A stretch of 64,000 bases of DNA from Selaginella moellendorffii (Eukaryota > Plantae > Lycopodiophyta). How positions within the stretch are numbered: the stretch's first letter is position 1; every line of letters begins with the position of its first letter. Below, piece after piece: positions 47,850 to 58,668 of the stretch. The position numbers were made by a program, and so were the translations under genes. The stretch lies in contig NW_003314261.1 in assembly GCF_000143415.4 (NCBI RefSeq), positions 2,739,266-2,803,265 of the forward strand. The letters run 5' to 3'. The notes beneath the pieces are model-generated. The model saw only the letters and a list, made by a program, of their open reading frames with translations. It made no database searches and was not told the DNA's origin.

Positions 47850-50348
47850 CTATACTGGATTGAATGCTGAATCCGGCTTCTTGTTCCTCAGCCCACAATA
47901 GTGATCCTCAACATTGTTATCTGTCACTGCATTTCCAGAGGATATTATTCCGCTACTATCTGGTGCTCTGGGTTCTAGCCAAAAGGACTCTTCCAATTCT
48001 TCATATACAACCGGCCCATTTTGGATAGCAGATATAATCTTCTCCCAATATTCGAGCAAAGGCTTGCACCTCTGAAAATAGGATTCTCCACCAAACACCA
48101 ACCCCCTCTTCCAGAGGGCAATATGCTGTCTAATCCCGGCCACTATACTTTCCTGGTCTTTGAGTCCATCCGGGTGCATCGGCCGTGGGGAACCCTGAGG
48201 AATAATAGGTTCCCCAGTTATGGGATCTCTCTTGAAGAGTTCAATGCCGTCCACTGGCAGCCACACTGTGTCCCATTCTCTCATCTTGTACCTCATCACT
48301 GGAGCACTGTCACACATGCTGAAATGAAACTGAAGAGGCTTAGAGTGGCCAATCAGCGTTTTAAATCCGTCCCTGATGTAGCCTCTTACAAACCCCTTAA
48401 AGTCTAGAACCTCTGTCACAAGTGCAGCTTCAACAGTGCCTTTAATGCAATTTTGGAATTCATCGTAGAGTTGTGGGAGGGTGAGGACATTGGATCGCCG
48501 GAGGGACTCTGCCAGGTGACTGAACATGGCATCGACGTCTTCATGAGTGTGCCCAACCATGAGAAAGCCAAGTGTAACCGTTTCAAATATGCCTTTGGCA
48601 ACAAGCATCGCCAAGTACGTGAAGACGTACATGTTTTTGTTCTCACTGCCAGCATTGTCTGTTTGGAGCAGAAGATGGGGTGGAAGGCCACATCGGCCGC
48701 AAGAACTTCCTTGAGATTCTGCTTCGTTTGGATGAGGCTGTGCATTCACCAGGCGACTAGCCTTGTCGGAATGGCATGAGGCCTCACGTGATAACTCTAC
48801 AATCTGACGGCCAACATATTCACTAGGATGGCATGGGGCCCCACGCGATACTGCAAGCCTTTGCTCCTCCTCCAGCTGAACCTTGTATGGGGTTCGATCG
48901 ACAAGGGCCTTATGTAAGGGTTGGCCGTTCAGCTCAATCTGCGCACTTTGTAGAGACCTTAAGTGTTTTGCTAGGGACGCAATCATCATGTTTGCACCCC
49001 CGCCACCCCATAGAGGTACAAAGAAGTTCCCATAGTTCTGGGCACCATGCCCATGAGCGATTATGCCAAACAGAGACACAGGCAGCTGCATGGATGAAGA
49101 GATTGCCTTGGGGGCAGGATTGAGTCGAGGTAAGCACGTCTTTTTCTGGTCCATTTTGTCATGGATGATGCAGAGGTAAGAGTCAGGTCTCTCCATGGAG
49201 AGAATCCTGTTATGATAATATGCAGTCCTGCAGCTTCTTTGCTCGATGTTGTGGTTGAGCCACCTTCTAACCAATGTCTCTCGCTCTTAAGCGATGCAAG
49301 AATTCTTCGACAAAGCCATTTTGATAGCAGTGCACTCGTCACACTCTGAAAAGCTGGAGTACTTTCCTATACTCACATCCCTGAACCTGTTGCTCCACAA
49401 TCTACTAAATCTAGATTGGCTCAGCTTCTTGTAGCCATTACTCTGGAGTTCCCGATTCACATCTTCCAATATGGCCCCCTTGGTATACATGGAAGGGAGA
49501 ACTCGTTGGGTGTCTCGTGTTCCACCTTCCAAGAGGCGGGTTTTATGTGGTTGCTGCTCACTACATATCTCGACAAACCTCTTGAAGATTGCCTCTCCAT
49601 ATACAACATGACCCCTGGTTTTGTGAGTACCGTCGTTCCCATGGACTGCCTGTTGAACCCTTTGTTCCTCGAACTCAGTTTTGATTCTGTAGAATGTGGT
49701 TCGAGGGACTCCATAAATGATTCTCCATGCCTTCAAGCAGACCAAACCCCTCTGGAAGACCATGCCCCCCACCTGATGTTCTGAAACATCAACAGATGAC
49801 CGTAATGCCTCATACACAAAATTGCGAGCTGCCTTCCAGGACAATGTCTTGTATCTTGCTCTCTCCTCTTCAATAGCATCCCAATCAGCATGTTGACAGC
49901 ACCTCCTCTTGCAACAAGCAACTATCAAGACCATTCGAACCTCCATCACCATTTTCTGCCTTTTCGGTTCGTTGCTCAGATCCCTTTGGCTGCGCTTTAG
50001 GAAGGTGTACTTTCTTTTCCCATGAAGAGATGTTCTGTCATCAGTTGTAGTGTTATTTGATTGTGAATCCTTCACATTCTCAAACACTAAGTGCCTCAAT
50101 TTCCACCGCACAATGCTTCCAATAGTTAGACTGTTTTCTTCTGTGTCAACAACCTCTAAAATCGCAACTCCAATATCATCCCAGCCCAATTCTTGATTAG
50201 CAACCGCATCTCTATGATCGACAATTGTGGCTAAGCCCTCAGCTACCACCTCCCCCTCGGGGTTGTTTAGAAACACCTTTTCCTGAATCCATGTAGCACG
50301 GTTCTTAAGATCCATGGAGGGAACATGCGTCACACTTGCGGAGGCCAT
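47850..50348 (-). pseudogene. Sola1-like DDD (RNase H fold) transposase, ~830 codons with one in-frame TAA at 49287-49289
   Basis: The two ORFs are in the same frame. Motifs include CCKRRCC, VCLKAWRIIYGV, FSECDEC, IIHDKMDQKK (D1), LLLQTDNAGSENKN (D2) and FLMVGHTHEDVDAMFS (D3). Further 3' exons are possible. Confidence 0.8.
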
Positions 50349-50409
50349 TCTAGTGATGAACTTGCAAGCCCCAAGATGGCATGAGCCCTCATACCATTAG
50401 TGGTACCAT

Positions 50410-50575
50410 AGCGCCGCTCGCACCACCGCAACTGCTCGTAGCGCCGCTTGCACAAACTGCCACTCGCATAAACTGCCGCTCGCAATGGCGCTCGCAATGC
50501 CGCAACCGCTCGTAGACGCATAAACCACAGCTCACAACGCCGCTTACACAAGCAGCGCTCACTGCGCTCAGCGGA
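50410..50575 (+). repeat. GC-rich degenerate tandem repeat (GCCGCTCGCA-like) upstream of the transposase
   Basis: Repeated gccgctcgca / gccgcttgca / gcgctcgca units. Confidence 0.7.
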
Positions 50576-52372
50576 ACCAAGAACACGGCACACAAAAATG
50601 ATAGACCTAGGAATGAGTTTGAGAATTCAAAAATAACACACGCTTGAACGTCACATCAAATCCTCTGACAAACCAGATCTTATGATTCCTCTGACAAATT
50701 TCAAACTGAGTAGCTTCTAGACTTTGCTGTCGGACGTTGAACTTTTTCACATCATGTCTTTGCCTCGATCCAGCTGTGCCATGTCAGTGATTCGAACTTT
50801 GCCATGCCATGTCATCGATCCGCGCCAAGATTATTTGCCGTGTAAAGGAATAATTATGCTGTGTGTGTACGTCCATTTATGGCAATATAAGGCCACACAC
50901 CATTCAAAGAATAATGCTAGTCGAGCATTTTTTGGTGCATTTTTGGGTTCAAAATTGCATGAGCCCACATACTATAAAGTTTACCTGTACCAAAAATAGA
51001 AACAGCTTTATTTACTTGGGAATTTAAGTGGTTGAGGCATTTTTAAACTTACAAACACATGCCCTACTTACATTCCTTTGGTTGCTTAAAATTCAAAAAT
51101 ATTATAAACCTTTCTTTTTGCATTTTCAATGTTTTCAATTATGGTTTTTGATTTTTGCAGGACCAGCCTAGTAATCTATTTGCATCCCATCATGTTTATA
51201 GCTAGCTTTTGTTTGTCCCCTTCGCTAGCCTGAGATACATCTGCTCGGCATCTGCCTCTTACAGCATTTGCCCAGAAAGGGCATCTTTCTTCACGCAGCA
51301 TTTGCCACATGTTTAGGGTTTAGGGTTTAGCAATTCAGTAGCTTGATAAACATGCAAATATAGAACTTGATGCAAAATCCTTTGATATGTCACAATGCCC
51401 CTAGGACCATAAACACATTTCAATAGAGAGGGTCCTTTCATTTCATAACTCCTTACGTAGATCTTGGTGAAACCAGAGTTAATGAAGTTGGTTTCTTGTG
51501 ATCCCGCATCTAATTGTGATGTCCCTTTGCAGTGTCGATGGAAAGGTCAATGCACACCAAACTGTAGAATCTTGGAGCAAAATAACGGTCGGATCTATGG
51601 CAAATGCCCCTGAAACATTGTAAGGCTCGTGTGGTCTCATGTGGTGTTCGATCGAGATGCTTCTTTGTAGGGTCATCAAGAAGGACATTGTATACCATTC
51701 TTTATTTAGCTGAACATTTGCCATTTTTGGAAATACAAGATGCTTTAGAATATCCAATCATGCATGGTATAAATATAGCGAGGGTATTAAATGATATCCC
51801 AATCATGATCTTTCTTTTGATTTCGAGTGCATGCAGTCCGAGGAATGATGACGTTGCAGATTTCTTTTGGATTTCACGTGCATGCATGCGCGCGGCGATC
51901 CAGAAATTAATGGTGGCGCCCAAGTCCGAGGAATGATGACGTTGCGGGATTACCAACCGTTGTGACATTTCGCGCGTGTGAGGTTAGGTTTTGCATTTTG
52001 CTTCGTACTCACGCTCGCATCGCGCTCCCACTCGCGATCACCCTCACATTCGCGCTCATCTACCTTCTCTACAGGTTTCTCGTGTGCATCGGCGTCCACT
52101 CGCGCTTGCATCACACTCGCACTCGCATTGCGCTCGCATCGCACTCGTGTGCATCGGCGTCCACTTCAAGACACACCCAGTTTGTAACTTTGCCGCCAAC
52201 TCCGCTGCCCACTCCACCACCCACACGCAGCCCACTTCGCGTCCCGGGAGATTTCAGTGCCACTCTCCAACTGTAAGTGGCAGAGTAGCCTTGCTGCTAC
52301 GATCTGCTGCACACACAATGCACATTCGCCAGCGAGTCCGGCCTCGATTGTCACGCCTCCATTCGGCTTCAA

Positions 52373-55300
52373 ATGGTAAGTCTTTTAGGCCAAGTAGAAA
52401 ATGGCATGAGGCCACATGCCATTCAGTAGCAACATTGGGATTAGGCTCTCGAGTGCAGTCTGGTTACAGATGGCATGTAGCCTCATGCCATCTTAGGATG
52501 CAGCCTCAAGACATCTGATGTAGTGGTGAATGGCGTGTGGCCTCACGTTATTTCCAGCTGCTAGCTTTTCATCTGTCAGCTCTAATTGTTGTGCATTTCT
52601 GAACAGGCGAGGAATTGCGTTCTTCTTCCAGCCACTGTCAATGTGGATGCAGAGAAGGGGGAGGAGCTCACCAGTTGGACTTTCGGGATGGAAGGCGAGG
52701 ATCTGAGGCTGTACAACACAGATGGTGGGAGAAAAGAATGCATGGGGATCCTCATCCAAGTGACAGACACTCTATGCAGTTCCATGCAAGAATATGGACT
52801 GGCACTTGTGGTAGAGACAGCATCCGCCTTCAAGATCCACCTTGCACATCCTAGTAGCTTCCCGGAGGGGGGCAACGGCTATGAGGAATTCCTAGAGGGA
52901 GCTAGGGAGAGGTTGTCCAGGAGGCCCACAATTTCAAAGACGCTGCGGGTCTATGAAGATCACATGGAATCCACGGACCTCACCTACGGCGATGTTCAAA
53001 AACTATATTCCAATATTGAGCCATTGAGAGTGACTCCAGTTCGTGAGGCGAAGGGGAAGGGGGTCGATCTGGAAACTACCCCGAAGTAGAAAAGGGTGGT
53101 CAAGCTCAAGCCGACGTCCGACTCTCCTGCTCCAAAAAAGAAGCTACTTGGTGATGCCATTGCCTCGGGTTCGAACACTACACCCACCAAAAAGAAGAGC
53201 CGCAAAGAGTAGAAAGAGCAAGAAGAGGCAGCAAAAATCGTTGCAGATAATAGTACTTGTTACTATTCCAACAAAGTATATACAATCGACGTGAGCCACA
53301 TCGACATCCAAAGCAAATACAACCATAGGCTAGTATCTGATGAGTGGGTGGAGAAACTAAAGCAGAAGATGCTGGCAAGTCCAGTAACACCCGACATCGC
53401 AGAACAATGAAGGGCGAGACGAGGTTTCCAGACTTGATCAATAGGAAGGTGTTGGACGACCAGAACATCCGGTTCTATGCCGTCTCCGGGCAGCATTCTA
53501 GCTTGGCGATGCAAGAGATAGTTGTGGATATTATGGTGGGTGAGGAGGTGAAGAAAGTCTTCAAGACAAGAGTTGTCCGCCTGATAAAAGGCAACTCGCC
53601 CCTCCGATCTATCATATACATCTCCCACGCGCAGAATGTCAAGCAAGAAACGTGCTACAAATCGGGTCTGCACGAGACATTGGCACGAACACGGAAGCTC
53701 TGGGTTCAACTGAAGAAGCCACAAAAACCAAGACAAGGATGTGCACTAGCAACTAGCGCCTGGCAGGTAAGCCTCGTTGCATGTGGCATAGCATGTGGCC
53801 TCACGCCATTTCCATTGCAGGAATTCTCGAGTCTTCTCTCAAAAACACTGGGGGTCAATGACACACTCAGCATCCATAACATTCTACTCGCGACAAAAGT
53901 TGTTTTTGACAAATGGGTAGATGTGTTGAGGAGGTACCATGACGGGGAGTTGCTAAACTCAATGGGTGTGGAGGACGGCCGGAAGCCCAATGATTTGAAG
54001 CTCAACACCTTGCATTTCTTGCGGTCTCTAGATGACGACGACCTTCTGATAGTGGCTAATGCTCTTCTACGTGGTGAGGTAATCTTCAACAAGACCAAAA
54101 TGACTCCCGGCCATATTGTGACATACGAGGACTTGTGCACGACTCTGAGAGCTCGTGCGCTATTGAAGGATTGGATCTTCGAGCAAGTGGCCGTGGAGAG
54201 GGTGAGCATCGACACCACGCAAGAGATGATGGAAGAGCTGGAGTTGTCAGATGAAGACATCGACGAGTACGTGAAGGGGGCCCCCAAGTTCATCGATCTG
54301 CTGCGGGATGCCACGAAAAGTAAAGCTGAGAAGTTGGATCAGTATCCAAATTTCATTAAGAGGGATGTCGACTGCCGGCTTCAGAAACAGCTTGACCCCG
54401 CAGCAGAGGCCTATCGAGAACCTTACCGGGTATACGTGAATTTGGATGAGGATCAAAGGTGGAGGAGCATCGTTTCCCACGGAGATGAGCAGGTCAAGAA
54501 CATCTTTTGTATGATGGACTTCACAAACGAGGAGATCACTCATGCAGACGAAGTCAGCTCCATCATTGACTTAATGGTGGGACTTGCAGAAGTGGAATCT
54601 TCAGTCCACTATATGATCTACGACTCCGAATCCTATCACAAGTTCTGGAAGGCCTTGAACGAGGTGAAGGCTCGGTTGAAAGGCAAGGAGATGCGGGAGA
54701 TCCATGGGATAATGGCTAAGAAGAAGATACTGACGAATGTCCGCATCTTCACACTCGCCCTTGTTATTGGTCCTGCAGCAGAGTGGGACTGGAGTGACTT
54801 CCCAGCTTCGTTCGACAAGGCCGATCGAATTGATCTGAGGGAGGTCAATTTACCCGTGCCTGAAGAACTGAAGACGGCTATGGAGCTTTCGAATCCAGAG
54901 AAAGCTCCAGGTGCAGCATGGGAAATGCTCAGCTGGGTCTTCAACGCAATAGCGGGTGGGTCACCTGCTTCTGACTCCAAGGGCAAATGCGTTGTCGAGT
55001 ACAACTGCGGCGGACTATTCTTTCGAGCCGCACTACTCAAGGGTGTCCCGTGTGTTGCGGTGACAAACTCCATTGAAGAGGTGACTTCAATGGAGCATAT
55101 AATTACAGTTGCCAAAGAAAAACAGTATCTTCTCTGCGAACCTGGTGAGTACGCACTTTAAGTTTAAATGTTATCTCACAAGCTCTGTATGCAAGAGCGT
55201 GGCCACCCCCAGATGCTGAAACGGCATTAACAGCTACTGTTGAAGATACCCATGTTGGGCTGAGCTCACAACCTGCACAAGGTAAGGTCACGTGAGGCCT

Positions 55301-58300
55301 CACGCCATTTTGATTATAGATCGTTGTGAATATTCAGACACGAGGACTGAAAAGCGCACTGGTGGCGCGTCGAAGAAGGACAAACAAACAAGCAATAGGA
55401 AAAAAGGAGGTACAAATTATATTTTCAATGGCATGTGGTCTCATGCCATTCCTTGCAGGAGACACTTCTTCAAAGGCAAAACAGGCAAGCACCAGCCAAG
55501 TACAACGGACGAGAGGTACCAATCATTTTTGTTATATGTGAATTCTCATGCCATTGCTTCTTGCAGCTCAAATTCCAAAGAGACTAGGGCAAGCAGCACA
55601 GACCTCACGACAAGAACCTGAAGGTTTGATGGCGTGTGGCCCCACGCAATTAACTAATGTTCTTGCAGATCACGTCGAGGAAATCAAACGGAACAACATG
55701 CCTCCAGTGGAGGAGGGGGAGGCCTCGGAGAGTGATAAGGAGAGTTCCGAAACAGGTACGATCATGACATATGGCCCCATGCACTTATCTAAGTTTGTAT
55801 TTCAGGGGAACGAGTTGAACCAATGGAAAACTTTATGAAAGGTAACTTAAAAATATTATGGGATGTTGCATGTGTTGATGCAATAATATACAGTTCAAGT
55901 GCCAAGGAGACGTCGTGAACCTCGAATTAGGCTACCTGCAAAACAGCTTTCAGAGACGCTGTAGACAAAGAGATGGACAACCGACCAGGGCAGAGGAGGA
56001 AGGGTAAAAGCATTTGTGTGCTTATCGCGTATGTCCTCATGCTATTTCTGTAGAACGGGTGCATAAGAAACGAAAGCGAAAGGGAATTGAGGAGCAGGCA
56101 CCTTAGGATGCGGAAGGCACGACAGAGCCTCCAAGGACGGGAAGTAAAGCGTCATGGTTATTGCGTGGGTCCTCATGCCATTTCTTGCAGATCAAGCTCA
56201 AACTAACAGTGGTCATAAAAAGCAAAAGCACGTTGGACAGTCGTCGGGATCAGAGGCATTTGATTCGAAAAAGAAGAAGGGCAATGAAAAGATGATAGGT
56301 AATGCCTCACGGTTATGGCGTGTGTGCTCATGCCATTCATTGCAAATCAAGGGCTGAGTGAAAGCAGCCAGTCACCACCTCCTGACTCAGATTCCTATGG
56401 CGGACTCCCCTTCCCCAATCTCAATGGAGAGGTACAATGGATGAGGGATTCTTTTCAAGTTAGGGCCACGTTTTTCTCATCTCGTCGTCTTTGAAAGGTG
56501 CAAGAACGTGCAGAAACCATGTTAAGACAGTCGGGTGAGGATACGGTCCTAGGTCACGCACTAAAACAGGCTATGGATGTCTTGTATTTTGAGATGGAGC
56601 CTCGGCCAGATGATTTTCCCAAGATGGTCCTGGAAGAACAAGCCATCCAGCCTGAGCAGCCTATGGAAGAAATGCAGGAGGGGGATGAGGAGCCATAGAA
56701 AGATAATGAGTAGGAAGAGCAGAAGGACGAAGAGGAGGACAAAGAAGAGGAGGACGAAGAAGAGGAGGACGAAGAGGACTTCAATGGTCCTCACAATGGT
56801 GACGATCACAATAATGACGACGACGATGATGACGACGATGGCCAGCCTGAGGTGGCCAAAGAGCAGCGGAGGAAGGTCATACAAGACAAACCATCAAGTA
56901 AATAATAGTACATCCATTCCTAACCTTTTACCATTTCTAACATTGTCCATGTAGGTCGTAGAGCAAATGGTAAGTAGAGATTATTCAGTTGAATTAAGAT
57001 ACAAACTCTAGCCTTTAGTGTCGAGGAAGGATAGTGCCAAGCAAGGGTCAAAACGTATGTTCAATCCTTCAGAATCAGCAGTGCGCCCAAGTGATATCGG
57101 TCCTAGTTCCTCAATAGCAGTTGATGGTAAATACAGTATAGTCGATTCAATGTGCTAATGAGTTTGTTTTTAGTAGCACGGGAGGATACCATCTCAATCG
57201 AAGGGAGATATTTGGACATGCATATGGATCCGCCAGTGGACTCTACTTGCCTGCAAGAGTCATCAAAGCTGGTGGAGGCTACTATCCATATCAACGCCAA
57301 GCAAGCTGACCACACTCCACTTGATGCTGCCCATACCACTGAGTCAATCTTGTCCACGTATCCAACTGACGGTGACCAGGCGCCATTGGACCCGCATGAG
57401 GCCACCCCAGCCGCCGAGCCGGTTGTATCCTCATTTCCAACGGACTCAACGTGTGCCCAATCGTCTGACTACGCGCCGTTGGAACCTCCCTACACCGCCC
57501 CTGCTGCCTGTTCGGTCATGTCCACTTTGCCAACGGAGGCACCAGCTGAAATGGCGTGTGATCACACGCCATCGGAACCACCCCATGCCACTGTTGAGCC
57601 AGTTGTACCAGAGTCTACAGCTGAAATGGCATGTGCCCACACGCCATCAGATGCGATTGACCCCACATTACAGAGGAGAGTATTTCCGCCCTTCACATTT
57701 CCTCGACCAAAACCCTCTCAACGACCATCAGAAGCACCATTCGCTAATATTGTAGATGGTAAAATTGACTTGTACCATTTTTTATGCTGACGCATTTCAT
57801 TTCAGAGTCACGACGAAGGTACTGTATCGTTTTTGATCTGAACAGTGTCCTTTTCTCCCATGAGCGTGGCTCGTCCTCGAATGTCACTGCACCCTCCAAA
57901 GCCTGCGGTCGCAAGTTGGTCAAAAGAGACAAATTCACATTAATCACACGGGAGAAACTGCGGGATCTAATAATGACCATGCGACACTTAAAACAGAGGG
58001 CCGGGTTCAATTTGCAATTGGGAGTTTGGACATCTATGATGCGCCACAATGCATTAACGTTGCTACAGATGATGCACGATCAGACGCGAGTAATATTACC
58101 ATTTGACTTTCTCCTAACGCAGGAGGATTGCTTGACTATGGTCCATGTGAGGGGTAGCAAGCCCATCTTCGTCAAGCCAGAGGCTGTAGTGATGAACCGG
58201 ACTGCTAGGTCAAGTGAAATCCTCATCATCGATGACTCGCCGATTAAAACTGCAGCAAACATGCACACATATGCAGTGCACCCCATCTCTTGCAGTATGG

Positions 58301-58668
58301 AAACTAGGGAGAAGAAACCGTATGTTCTGGGGGACCTTGCAAAATGGCTTGGAGCGATGGTGATAGAGAACCAGCCAGTCCAGGAGGTGGCTGCAGAAAT
58401 CAACCAAATGGCAGATGGAACAGTATATCAGAAGCCATTTGATCAGACAGACACCAGTCATCATTTATGGCATGTATATTGTCTAGCCAAGCACTATTCG
58501 CATCTCCATAATCTGCTCAACCGGATGGGTTCTTCGACCACTGAACATGAGCGTGGACGTATTAGAGAAGAGATGGCATTACTATTGGGTTTAAATCCTG
58601 ATAGTGTGGAGAGTGATGAAATTCCAAGATTATTGTATAGGCATTGGAGGCAAAAAATAACAGTCTGA
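52373..58668 (+). pseudogene. Multi-exon transposon cargo gene: ParB/Srx-like domain, degenerate DNA methyltransferase-like fold, acidic and Pro/Thr-rich linker, FCP1/NIF phosphatase domain
   Basis: ATG at 52373 directly followed by intron 52376-52606. Exon 2 has premature TAG stops and a frameshift near 53400. There is an in-frame intron at 53767-53820, many ~45-55 nt introns at 55.3-56.5 kb, and an in-phase intron at 57759-57805 joining the linker exon to the HAD domain. Continuity across 55.1-57.2 kb was not fully traced. Confidence 0.6.
57806..58668 (+). CDS. FCP1/SCP (NIF) family HAD phosphatase-like domain, terminal exon of the cargo gene
   Basis: Motif I CIVFDLNSVLF, motif II LGVWTSMMRHNA, FDFLLTQEDC, KPIFVK, and motif IV ILIIDDSPIKTAAN. 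Confidence 0.78.

Noticed and set aside
51312-51330. TTTAGGG repeats as an interstitial telomere
   Set aside because: Fewer than three units, so at most a telo-box-like motif.
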